The translations under genes were made by a program, and so were the position numbers. The notes beneath the pieces were generated by a model that worked only from the letters and a program-made list of their open reading frames with translations, had not been told where the DNA came from and ran no database searches. Positions 50,723-59,516 of a stretch of 64,000 nucleotides of DNA are shown here, piece by piece (the first letter of the stretch is position 1; each line of letters starts with the position of its first letter). Source of the DNA: a virus. The stretch lies in IMG/VR virus record IMGVR_UViG_3300021093_000041, positions 1-64,000 of that record; one strand, given 5' to 3'.

Positions 50723-51484
50723 ATGAAATTTTTTAAACAAATAGACTACAGTAGTATACTAGGTGATGAGCAATACTTTTTAGATTGTATTAAAAAGTAT
50801 AAAGTGTTAGTCGTCAAAAGCTACATTTTTAATACGCCTATCACTGAATTTATAGAAAATTATATTAAAAAATTTGGTAAAATAGTAGACTCACAAGAAG
50901 ATTTAAAAACCGGGGTAACTACAGGTGAACAACTAATGGAAATTAGCTTTGATCCAGAAGATCAAAAGCAATACCGTACTGCAAAGGCTAATCAACCCCT
51001 ACATACAGATTATAGTTATGTTAATGTTGATAATAATATTCAATTTTTAATGTGTGTAAAAAAAGCTCCAATAGGTGGTGCTACCACATTTATTGACACT
51101 CGTTTATTAGTAGAATTGTTACTAGCGGATAATGAAGAAGTTTTATTTAATGATTTGTTATCTATTCCAGTATTGCATGCTAAAGGTAATAGAGTTAAAA
51201 GACGGTGTATTTTAGAAAAAGTGACGGACGATTATAAAATTAATTGGAATTACCCCCCTGCTAAAAGAGCATTAAATACACATGCAGCTAAAGATTTAAT
51301 TGAAAGATTTAAAAATTGGTTAGATAATCGTGTTGAAAAATCTGGATTAGTTCACAGCGTTTTACTTAAAAACAACGACACGGTCTTTTTTCATGATTAT
51401 AGAGTATTACATGGCAGAAATTGTTATTTTGCCTCTAAAAAAGGTGACCGTTGTTTATTAAAAAGTACATTAATTATCGGATAA
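50723..51484 (+). CDS. TauD/TfdA-family Fe(II)/2-oxoglutarate dioxygenase
   Basis: PLHTD, GGATTFID, VLHGR, R.L. Confidence 0.82.
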   Translation: MKFFKQIDYSSILGDEQYFLDCIKKYKVLVVKSYIFNTPITEFIENYIKKFGKIVDSQEDLKTGVTTGEQLMEISFDPEDQKQYRTAKANQPLHTDYSYVNVDNNIQFLMCVKKAPIGGATTFIDTRLLVELLLADNEEVLFNDLLSIPVLHAKGNRVKRRCILEKVTDDYKINWNYPPAKRALNTHAAKDLIERFKNWLDNRVEKSGLVHSVLLKNNDTVFFHDYRVLHGRNCYFASKKGDRCLLKSTLIIG

Positions 51485-51526
51485 TTTTCCTATTGATTTA
51501 TTTTTGGATTACTATATAATAACATT

Positions 51527-51706
51527 ATGCAAAATAAGCTAACTAAGCAGCAAGCAGAAGCTAAGATATACGAACTCACTGAAGATCTTATTCGTATTCG
51601 TCAAGAAAAGAAAGATATGAACGCAGGGTATCGTGAAAAAATTAAAAGTATTGAAGATGAGATTCAATGTATTATTGATGATGTAAAAGAGAAAGAAAAT
51701 CCTTAA
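51527..51706 (+). CDS. Small coiled-coil protein (59 aa, not in ORF track)
   Basis: TTGATT-16-TATAAT-6-ATG; MQNKLTKQQAEAKIYELTEDL...KENP. Confidence 0.6.
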   Translation: MQNKLTKQQAEAKIYELTEDLIRIRQEKKDMNAGYREKIKSIEDEIQCIIDDVKEKENP

Positions 51707-51707
51707 T

Positions 51708-51887
51708 ATGAAATATCAAGTTGTACTTGAGATTTTTACAGATGATACTGTTGATATAACAAAACGTGCAACTAAGAAAAAGATTGAAGAAGAGATATTA
51801 AATAAGTATACATCCGGTAACTTGTTTAAACGGGTTAACGGGATAAATAGAATTAATCTTGCAGTGAAAGCTGCAGGTGTTGTTTGA
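51708..51887 (+). CDS. Small hypothetical protein (59 aa, not in ORF track)
   Basis: MKYQVVLEIF...AAGVV; 1 nt after previous stop. Confidence 0.5.
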   Translation: MKYQVVLEIFTDDTVDITKRATKKKIEEEILNKYTSGNLFKRVNGINRINLAVKAAGVV

Positions 51888-51890
51888 TAT

Positions 51891-51964
51891 TGAGACGTTG
51901 CATAATGGTAGTGCTTCTGACTTTGGATCAGACAGTGGTGGTTCGATTCCACCCGTCTCAGCCA
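51891..51964 (+). tRNA. tRNA-Gln(TTG)
   Basis: TGAGACG/CGTCTCA acceptor, TCTGA-CTTTGGA-TCAGA, TTCGATT, CCA. Confidence 0.93.
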
Positions 51965-52024
51965 TTACCGAGAGTCGTGGTAAAATAATTCGATCGAAAT
52001 TTGTCATGCAGACTAAATATTTAC

Positions 52025-52507
52025 ATGACAAAAATAGAACTAAAATGTTCCATTTGTACCAAAATATCACATAAATGGCCGTATGAATATAGGGCTATAA
52101 AAAATACAGAACATTATAAATGTAAAAAATGTAAACGAATTAATTACGAAACAAGACAGTGCCCGTCATGTTTGAAACAGTTTAATACCCCTTCAAAAAG
52201 TAAAAAGATTACTTGTTCGTATAAATGCTCTAACAAAATATTTAGAACCGGGCCCAATAATGGTAATTGGAAGCATGATGTATATAGAAGTACTTGTTTT
52301 TACTACCATAAAAAAGAATGTATTATTTGTAAAGAATGCAATATTGTAGCAGTTCACCATTACGATATGAATCATAATAATAACAACCCTTGCAATTTAA
52401 TACCTTTATGCCCCACTCATCATCAATATATGCATAGTAAATTTCATATTGAAATAAAGGATCAAGTCGATAAATATATACGTAATTTTAAACTCGGGTT
52501 CGCCTAG
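52025..52507 (+). CDS. Zn-finger HNH (homing) endonuclease within the tRNA cluster
   Basis: Multiple CxxC, VAVHH...N..CNLIPLCPTHH; TAAATA-N5-ATG52025. Confidence 0.8.
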   Translation: MTKIELKCSICTKISHKWPYEYRAIKNTEHYKCKKCKRINYETRQCPSCLKQFNTPSKSKKITCSYKCSNKIFRTGPNNGNWKHDVYRSTCFYYHKKECIICKECNIVAVHHYDMNHNNNNPCNLIPLCPTHHQYMHSKFHIEIKDQVDKYIRNFKLGFA

Positions 52508-52570
52508 CTTGGTATGGCACCACATTTGGGATGTGGAATAACGTGAGTTCAAATCTCGCACCCGAGACCA
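52493..52570 (+). tRNA. tRNA-Pro(TGG)
   Basis: CTCGGGT/ACCCGAG, CCACA-TTTGGGA-TGTGG, TTCAAAT, CCA. Confidence 0.93.
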
Positions 52571-52589
52571 TTTTTGTTCTTTAAAAATT

Positions 52590-52712
52590 TGATCATTAGT
52601 GATATAGAATTGTAAAACACCTCCAGTCTGGGGGAGGAGAAGGCTGAAGTTGACGAGATAGACATATGGAACACAGTGAAATCCTCGTATATTCGCAGGC
52701 CGTGGTCATCCA
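52590..52712 (+). ncRNA. tRNA-like ncRNA with expanded T-arm
   Basis: TGATCAT/GTGGTCA 7-bp stem + T + CCA; internal CCTCC/GGAGG and ACGAG/CTCGT stems. Confidence 0.55.
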
Positions 52713-52720
52713 ATTTAAAT

Positions 52721-52795
52721 GGGCTGGTAGTGATAATGGTAGCACGGGAGCTTTGCAAGCTTTAGGTAGGAGTTCGATTCTCCTCCGGTCCACCA
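52721..52795 (+). tRNA. tRNA-Ala(TGC)
   Basis: G3:U70, GGAGC-TTTGCAA-GCTTT, TTCGATT, ACCA. Confidence 0.93.
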
Positions 52796-52801
52796 ATTGA
52801 A

Positions 52802-52876
52802 GCGGGTATGATGTAGTGGCTAGCCTGGAACCTTGCCAAGGTTTACGTGTCGGTTCGATTCCGACTACCCGCTCCA
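52802..52876 (+). tRNA. tRNA-Gly(GCC)
   Basis: GCGGGTA/TACCCGC, TTGCCAA loop, TCCA. Confidence 0.93.
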
Positions 52877-52891
52877 GTTCTTTTACATTAT

Positions 52892-53267
52892 GGGGATGTA
52901 CTGGTTTCGATTTAATAGTTGATATAAACTAGGCATGTAGAGGATGATAGTTGGCCTCTTTAATCACCTGTCAAAAAAGTAACTACTGAAATAGTTGCCG
53001 AATACGACTATTCGTTTGAGGACGAAGAAGTCGCAATCGCAGCCTGAATCTGCGACATCTATTATATAGATACCTAATATATGTAATAGGTGTATATTAT
53101 TAGGTTAGATTGTTATTATTATTGTATATAGCAATTAAAACTTACAATATAGATAATATACGGTTTGTTAATTCATAATATATTGTTTAAATTTAAAATT
53201 AACTAAGCATGTAGTCTGGTTATTGAACCTATTAAAGACAGGGGTTCAACTCCCCTCATCTCCACCA
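52892..53267 (+). ncRNA. ssrA: tmRNA, tag (A)AEYDYSFEDEEVAIAA
   Basis: 5' GGGGATG..GGTTTCGA; 3' GACAGGGGTTCAACTCCCCTCATCTCCACCA with G3:U; tag ORF 52997-53047 ending AIAA-stop. Confidence 0.93.
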
Positions 53268-53272
53268 ATTTA

Positions 53273-53361
53273 GGGTAGATGGCTGAGTGGTTTAAGGCAA
53301 TTGACTTGAAATCAATCGTAGTTAATAGCTACCGGGGGTTCAAATCCCTCTCTACCCGCCA
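53273..53361 (+). tRNA. tRNA-Ser(TGA)
   Basis: GGGTAGA/TCTACCC, CTTGAAA loop, long variable arm, GCCA. Confidence 0.93.
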
Positions 53362-53366
53362 TTTTT

Positions 53367-54356
53367 ATGCGAAAGTTAGATGTTTATTTTAAAGATTGGC
53401 GACATATAAATACCAATTATTATTTTTATAAGATATTTGAGTATTTAAAAAACACATTTACAGGTATTGAGATTAATCATATCGATATACCGTGTTACGG
53501 TGGTTTTGATTGTTTCAAAAAAATAGGACCTAATCTTTGTACAATAGAAAACCCTGAAAATGGTAAATATTCGATAATATCATTTGTAGATTCACCGTTT
53601 GTTTTGTTTGATAAACAGTTATGGCCTAATATCGAACAAATGCAGCAAATTTTTACATGTAATAATTTTACAGTAAAATCATATTATAATTGGCGTGATG
53701 TAATACCCGTTTTTTTAGAAAAAGTACATTATTTCGATAATATACAAGAAAAACTAGTACCTGTTTCGTTTCACCCTATTATTGAAACAAACGAAACAGG
53801 TGTCGAAAAAATGTATGAGTTGAGAAAAACTAAAACAACTTTTGGTGATAAAATTGTTTTTAGAGGTATAAAATCTATTCCATATAGAGAATTAGTGATG
53901 GATACTTTAAAACATCCAAATATTTTAGTTACATCCGATAAAGTACCAGAACAACAATTCTTAGAAGAACAATCAAATAATCTTTGCTCATTGTCAATGC
54001 CAGGTATAGGTGATATGAGTTGTAGAGATATTGAATTAATGGGTATGGGTATTTGTATGTTTAGAACACCTTTCCATAGCAGTTTTGATGATCCACCTAT
54101 TGAGGGTGTTCATTATGTTAAGATATGTGACTGGGATTGGGAGTTTATTGATGCATCATATATAAAAGCAATTGATATTGAAAAACATAATGCAAATCTA
54201 ATTGCTTTGCAAGAAGGTATAAAAGATAATATAGATAGATACAAACAAATAGGTGAAAATGCTAGACAATGGTATCTTAAAAATTGTACACGCAATTCAC
54301 CTAACAGTACTCTCGAAATTTTTAAACGTAATTTTAAGTTAGATCTATTGTTCTAA
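53367..54356 (+). CDS. Glycosyltransferase-like protein (GT-B C-terminal domain)
   Basis: FRG, SLSMPGIG...RDIELMGMG, GVHYV, IGENARQWY. Confidence 0.6.
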   Translation: MRKLDVYFKDWRHINTNYYFYKIFEYLKNTFTGIEINHIDIPCYGGFDCFKKIGPNLCTIENPENGKYSIISFVDSPFVLFDKQLWPNIEQMQQIFTCNNFTVKSYYNWRDVIPVFLEKVHYFDNIQEKLVPVSFHPIIETNETGVEKMYELRKTKTTFGDKIVFRGIKSIPYRELVMDTLKHPNILVTSDKVPEQQFLEEQSNNLCSLSMPGIGDMSCRDIELMGMGICMFRTPFHSSFDDPPIEGVHYVKICDWDWEFIDASYIKAIDIEKHNANLIALQEGIKDNIDRYKQIGENARQWYLKNCTRNSPNSTLEIFKRNFKLDLLF

Positions 54357-54400
54357 GCATTTTAATTGTATTCCTAATAGAAATCTTTATAATCTTACAT

Positions 54401-54829
54401 ATGCAAACATTTTTACCGTATGCAAGTTTCAGTGAGAGTGCTAAAGTTTTAGATCAAAAAAGATTAGGCAAACAACGAGTTGAAGTATTACAGTTATTAA
54501 ATTCAATATCAACAATTAAAAAAGGTTTACCTGTTAGAGGGTGGTCTAACCACCCTTGTCGAAAAATGTGGCAGAACTATAGTAATGCATTAGTTGAATA
54601 TGGTTTGGCTATTTGCGATGAGTGGAAATCTAGAGGTTATAAAGACACCTGTTGGGATAAAATTAATAACCATCGTGATAACAATTCATCATATGATAAG
54701 CCTTCATTTATAGGTAATGAAGAGTTTCATCTAAGTCATAGAAGTATGCTTAAGCAGAAAAAACCAGATCATTACGAAAAAATCTGGCCTGAAGTACCAA
54801 ACAACCTTGAATATGTATGGCCTGTATAA
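54401..54829 (+). CDS. Pyrimidine dimer DNA glycosylase/endonuclease V-like (MSMEG_6728 type)
   Basis: MQTFLP, LDQKRLGKQRVE, GW.NHP..MW, HLSHRS.L..K, YVWP. Confidence 0.85.
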   Translation: MQTFLPYASFSESAKVLDQKRLGKQRVEVLQLLNSISTIKKGLPVRGWSNHPCRKMWQNYSNALVEYGLAICDEWKSRGYKDTCWDKINNHRDNNSSYDKPSFIGNEEFHLSHRSMLKQKKPDHYEKIWPEVPNNLEYVWPV

Positions 54830-54841
54830 TAAACATACTAT

Positions 54842-55801
54842 ATGTGGTATGCTCATAAATATTCTGATATATGGTTAGTACCGAGTAAATGTGCTGTTGA
54901 ATCGCGTTCTCAAGCACAAACCGATGTCAACTTTGGAGGTTACCGGTTTAAAGTACCGGTTGTACCAGCAAATATGCTTTGCTCAATAGATGAGCGAACT
55001 AGTGATACGCTTATAAGTAACGATTATTTTTACATCTATCATAGATTTGGTGACACGCTACAATTTTGTAGAAATAAAGTAGAGCAAAAGCAAATTATAT
55101 CAATAAGCCTCGGTGTCAAACGGGAAGATCATCATTTAATTGAAACATTAAATGATTATGAAATTGTCCCTGATTATATTACAATAGATATAGCCCATGG
55201 TCATGCACCAAGTGTGGTTGCAACAATACACAAAATTAGACATGAGTTTGGTAAAACACCATTTATTATTGCTGGAAATGTATGTACATCAGATGGTGTA
55301 AAATATTTGGAAGACGGTGGGGCTGATGCTGTTAAAGTTGGTATAGGTCAAGGTAAAGCGTGCACTACAAAATACAAAACCGGGTTTACAGTTCCAATGT
55401 TCACGTGTGTTCAAGAATGTGCAACCGCTGCAAAAGTACCATTAATTGCAGACGGTGGTATTGAACATAATGGTGATATAACTAAAGCTTTAGTTGCAGG
55501 TGCGACAATGGTAATGGCGGGTGGTATGTTTGCCTCATTGTATGATAGCCCTGCCCCTTCATTACAAACTGGTGAAAAAGAGTATTTTGGATCTGCAAGT
55601 GCAAGAACCAAGACTCATATTAGTAAGTCGTTAAAAAATATTGAAGGTACCACAAAACATATACCTGAGAATAAAATGACTTACTTAGAAAAAATGATTG
55701 AGATTCAAGAAGATCTTCAAAGTTCAATTTCATACGCAGGTGGTATTGATTGCTCTTGTTTAACTTCGGTTGACTATAGAATACACCCTGAATCTACTTA
55801 A
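54842..55801 (+). CDS. guaC: GMP reductase
   Basis: PVVPANM, IDIAHGH, KVGIGQGKACTTK.KTGF, ADGGI, YFGSAS, QSSISYAGG. Confidence 0.92.
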   Translation: MWYAHKYSDIWLVPSKCAVESRSQAQTDVNFGGYRFKVPVVPANMLCSIDERTSDTLISNDYFYIYHRFGDTLQFCRNKVEQKQIISISLGVKREDHHLIETLNDYEIVPDYITIDIAHGHAPSVVATIHKIRHEFGKTPFIIAGNVCTSDGVKYLEDGGADAVKVGIGQGKACTTKYKTGFTVPMFTCVQECATAAKVPLIADGGIEHNGDITKALVAGATMVMAGGMFASLYDSPAPSLQTGEKEYFGSASARTKTHISKSLKNIEGTTKHIPENKMTYLEKMIEIQEDLQSSISYAGGIDCSCLTSVDYRIHPEST

Positions 55802-58083
55802 CCTTTATATTCATTTATAATAGGTAAAGCTGGGTTAATAGATGTATTGTTGTTTAACTTAGCAGACAATCTTACTTGATCGTTACCGCTAACTAATTTT
55901 AGCGGTATATTTTTGAAATGATGTGAATGATCATAACATTGTACTATGTTATCATTACTATCATCTATCAATTCAAGTTTAATTATGTTTTCAGGGTCAT
56001 CATTTACTCTAGCAAAAAATGTTGTACCTTTAAGTAACTTACCAAATAAGCGTACAAGTTCGGTAGCTTGTATTTCATATGGAGCTGTAATGTGATTTAC
56101 AGATAGTTCACCGTCTACGTGCATACCACCGCGTATTATTGCATTACCATTAACACCAAAGTTACTATCTACCAATACCTGACCACCTAGTTTATTTTTT
56201 AAAATAATAATGTTGGATTCAAGTAATAACCTACTTTCTGCATTAATATTTACTTCAGTTTCAGCAGAAATATTTACTTGAACACCGCCAATATTAGTTA
56301 TTGTACCTGATATATTAACAGGTCCATATGATTTAAGATTCATACCCCCTGCGCCTACATTTAAAGTATACCTGTTACATACATTTAAGGTATAATTACC
56401 ACCAGGTAAATCGTCTACATGTACATACTCTATTAAAGGTGACTCTCTTTTTGATATATATACACCTAAATCATCTATTAAAACTTCATTAGGGTATATT
56501 TTACCAATGTTATCAACACGTATATTACCAAAATCATTCATAACTAAACCGACTGTTTCAACTTTATGTTTAGTTATATCAACTATATAATTACCACCGA
56601 TACCCATTTTATCTTCAGTTTTAGCTAACTCTATAATTTTATCATTGTAAAGATTTCTAAGATTATTGTAATCTTTTAATGTTTCAGTAACCCAATCACC
56701 GTTCATTGAACTTGGGCTTATACCAGTACCATTACAAACGGGACATCTTGAAACCGGTGGTAAGAGTCTTTTTGTTGCAGATGATCCAACTAAAGGGTCA
56801 GTAATTTTAACGTAATCAACCACCTCGTTATCTGTATCATTTATAATAGGTATATCTTCTTGAAATGATGATGTATTATTAATTAATATATATTCATTAC
56901 CTTTTGCACCATTACACACCGGGCATTTAGCAAATTTACCTTCTCTTGACTGTAGTGTGCTTGTATATTTTATATATTCCGAGTCAATTTTTTGAGCTCT
57001 ACGGATATCAAATAGTTGTTTAATATTAGCAAATCCTGTTACTATATTTTTCCATTCACTAAAAGCTGTATTATTTAAATTACCAATTTTTAAATAATAA
57101 TCACCTTTTATATTTTTATCTTCATCTCTACCGATATATACGTTTCTATTACCTTTAACCGTATAAAACTGGTCATTCAAAACCATTTTCTGGTCGTTAT
57201 TAGTAGCTAATTCAACAGTTGTACCATTAGTAAACCCTTTAAAACTACCGCTTGCATGAGATAACTTAACTGATTCACGGTTATCGCTATTAATAAATTC
57301 AAGCGAACCACCTTTCTGATTAATAAGATACTTGTTTCGATACTGTTCTAAATTAGGTGTATTTTCCGTTACCGGGTTGTTTTCAAATGAACCGGGATAA
57401 TCTAAACCCGTTTGATCGTTAAATAGGTAGATATTATTCCAGTCTTGTTCACCGAAAACTGCTGCAAAATAAACCGGGTAATGGGGATCACCGTCATAAA
57501 AAAATACCCATAAATGGCTACCTACAGCTGGCACACAAAAACTGCCTTTTGCTTTATTAGCGTACACTGACGGTGTATATTCGTGTGCGTATATATTAGC
57601 TTGATTAACGTTATTTTCTTTTGGATCACTAAACGGGTCACTTAGCTTAGTTCTATATTTTTCGTATAACGCACCTTCTTTTTCACCGGTACCATCAGTG
57701 GTAGTATTTTGTGAATTATTTAACGGGTCTGGTGAACTTTGAAATCCAGATAACCCGAAAAAACTACTATCAGATGTTGAAGCATAATCACGACTATTAT
57801 TATATCTACCAGATGTATTTTCACCAATTAAAGGTGATGCACAAATCGACCATGGTAATATCTCTTTTAGATCTTGTACTATAATACTTAAATCACTATT
57901 AATATTTTTACCTAAAAATTTAAATTTTTTATCTTGCGATAGTTCATTCCACCTTTTATACACTGTAGGGGATATATGAGGTACATATACTTTAACACGA
58001 CCTTTACCTAAAGGGTCGTTGTTTTGTATTACTATACCTACATAATTACCGTAAAACTTTTGTTGATGTATTATATTTTGCAT
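55798..58083 (-). CDS. 5: Baseplate hub/central spike gp5-like
   Basis: N-terminal OB (GIVIQNNDPLGKGRVKV, P.VGSHLWVFF..GDPHYPVY), beta-helix-like repeats, C-terminal HSHH. Confidence 0.75.
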   Translation of the reverse strand: MQNIIHQQKFYGNYVGIVIQNNDPLGKGRVKVYVPHISPTVYKRWNELSQDKKFKFLGKNINSDLSIIVQDLKEILPWSICASPLIGENTSGRYNNSRDYASTSDSSFFGLSGFQSSPDPLNNSQNTTTDGTGEKEGALYEKYRTKLSDPFSDPKENNVNQANIYAHEYTPSVYANKAKGSFCVPAVGSHLWVFFYDGDPHYPVYFAAVFGEQDWNNIYLFNDQTGLDYPGSFENNPVTENTPNLEQYRNKYLINQKGGSLEFINSDNRESVKLSHASGSFKGFTNGTTVELATNNDQKMVLNDQFYTVKGNRNVYIGRDEDKNIKGDYYLKIGNLNNTAFSEWKNIVTGFANIKQLFDIRRAQKIDSEYIKYTSTLQSREGKFAKCPVCNGAKGNEYILINNTSSFQEDIPIINDTDNEVVDYVKITDPLVGSSATKRLLPPVSRCPVCNGTGISPSSMNGDWVTETLKDYNNLRNLYNDKIIELAKTEDKMGIGGNYIVDITKHKVETVGLVMNDFGNIRVDNIGKIYPNEVLIDDLGVYISKRESPLIEYVHVDDLPGGNYTLNVCNRYTLNVGAGGMNLKSYGPVNISGTITNIGGVQVNISAETEVNINAESRLLLESNIIILKNKLGGQVLVDSNFGVNGNAIIRGGMHVDGELSVNHITAPYEIQATELVRLFGKLLKGTTFFARVNDDPENIIKLELIDDSNDNIVQCYDHSHHFKNIPLKLVSGNDQVRLSAKLNNNTSINPALPIINEYKG

Positions 58084-59435
58084 TGCGTTGGTAGATCTTC
58101 TAGTTTAGAAATGGTAAATTGTGGTAATAAGTCAGTTTTAAACGCGCCATTTAAAAATTCCCCTAATATTAATTTAGCAGCATCATTAGGGTTTTGCGTA
58201 CCACCGTAAGCTGTATATGCACCATCTAGACCGTACCTAAATGAACCACCTAATTTAGTGGTGGGTAATTCTTGACCTTTCTTGGTGTATACAAGTTTGT
58301 AAAACCAATCTATTTTAACTGTATGGTTTCTATCGTCAATTACACTTATTCGCCAAATTCTTTTAGTGTCGCTGACAATTGTTAAAATTAATTCCATATC
58401 ACAACCTGCTTTTTCTTGTCCTATATCAAACTTTTGGTTAGATTTAATTGTGCTTAAATTTACTTTATCAATTAAAGCTTTATAACCATCCTGAAATAAA
58501 AGGTTTATTTTCTTATTTGAATAACCGTTACCGTTAAAAACAAACAGCACTTCATCGTCTGGTGTTGTTTCATCAAAGGTATATTGAAGTTGTAATGTAC
58601 CAGTTATTTCAAATGGTATAGCTGGTTCCTCTTCAACTTTTGTTATAGCAGGAACTGTTTGTTGTGCAGTTTTAACAGGTTCAACTTTTTGCTCGACTTT
58701 CTTTTCAGTTTTTGTTTGTAAATTTGTTGTACTTGTTTGCACCGCAGCTGCAGTTGCTTGCTGTTGTTTAACTGGTGATGTAGCTAATTCTTTTTTCTGG
58801 GTAGGTGTAGATACAGATAATTCATCACAACCAAGAAATTTACTAACACTTAAATCACCGATTTCAATAGTTGATGTTATTGATGTGGTGATATCATTTA
58901 TAGTACCAAACACTGTTTGTTCAAGACTCACTGCAGCAGCAGTTAATTCTTTAAGAACATTATTAAATATTTCACCTATACTTACTTTAGGTACATCAGG
59001 TAAATTAGGTATTTCTAATGGTAAGCCAAATGGTAAAGTGAATATACCAATTATATCTTTCAATTTTTGACCTATACATGCAAGCATGTCTGGTTTATTT
59101 GATTCTACTGCACTGGAAATACTATCTTTATAATTAGGTGCTGCTGAATTATTTTGAATAAAGTTATTCGATTCTAATTTTTGTAAATTATTGATATTAT
59201 TTGTAGTTGTTTGTTTTAATTGTTTTTCCTTTTTTTGAACTTGTTTTTTAACGCTAAAAGTTTCAGGTGCATTTTGCGAATCGTAATAGGCTTGTAAAAC
59301 ACCGGGGTCTTTTTTACCAGTTTTTTTATCATATAAAGCTATAGCTGTTGTACCATCGGTAAATTTAAACCAAACTCGGATTAAATTACGATCCCATTTT
59401 TTAACGGTAAAGCTTTGTATTTCTTTATCAGCCAT
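58071..59435 (-). CDS. Hypothetical late (probably baseplate) protein
   Basis: TAAATA-N6-ATG; coupled to the gp5-like gene. Confidence 0.5.
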   Translation of the reverse strand: MADKEIQSFTVKKWDRNLIRVWFKFTDGTTAIALYDKKTGKKDPGVLQAYYDSQNAPETFSVKKQVQKKEKQLKQTTTNNINNLQKLESNNFIQNNSAAPNYKDSISSAVESNKPDMLACIGQKLKDIIGIFTLPFGLPLEIPNLPDVPKVSIGEIFNNVLKELTAAAVSLEQTVFGTINDITTSITSTIEIGDLSVSKFLGCDELSVSTPTQKKELATSPVKQQQATAAAVQTSTTNLQTKTEKKVEQKVEPVKTAQQTVPAITKVEEEPAIPFEITGTLQLQYTFDETTPDDEVLFVFNGNGYSNKKINLLFQDGYKALIDKVNLSTIKSNQKFDIGQEKAGCDMELILTIVSDTKRIWRISVIDDRNHTVKIDWFYKLVYTKKGQELPTTKLGGSFRYGLDGAYTAYGGTQNPNDAAKLILGEFLNGAFKTDLLPQFTISKLEDLPTQCKI

Positions 59436-59516
59436 TATATATATTTAATCGTAAATGGGGTAATACAAACTCATAATAAAACTTGAATTTAATAGTGATT
59501 TATAATATATTATGGT

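Noticed and set aside
51965-51985. TTACC/GGTAA hairpin after tRNA-Gln as another tRNA
   Set aside because: No T-loop, acceptor stem or CCA; at most a remnant at the HNH insertion junction
51716-52796. Short ORFs 51716-51952, 51798-52070, 51877-52074, 52549-52758, 52596-52796
   Set aside because: Shadow frames over tRNA genes
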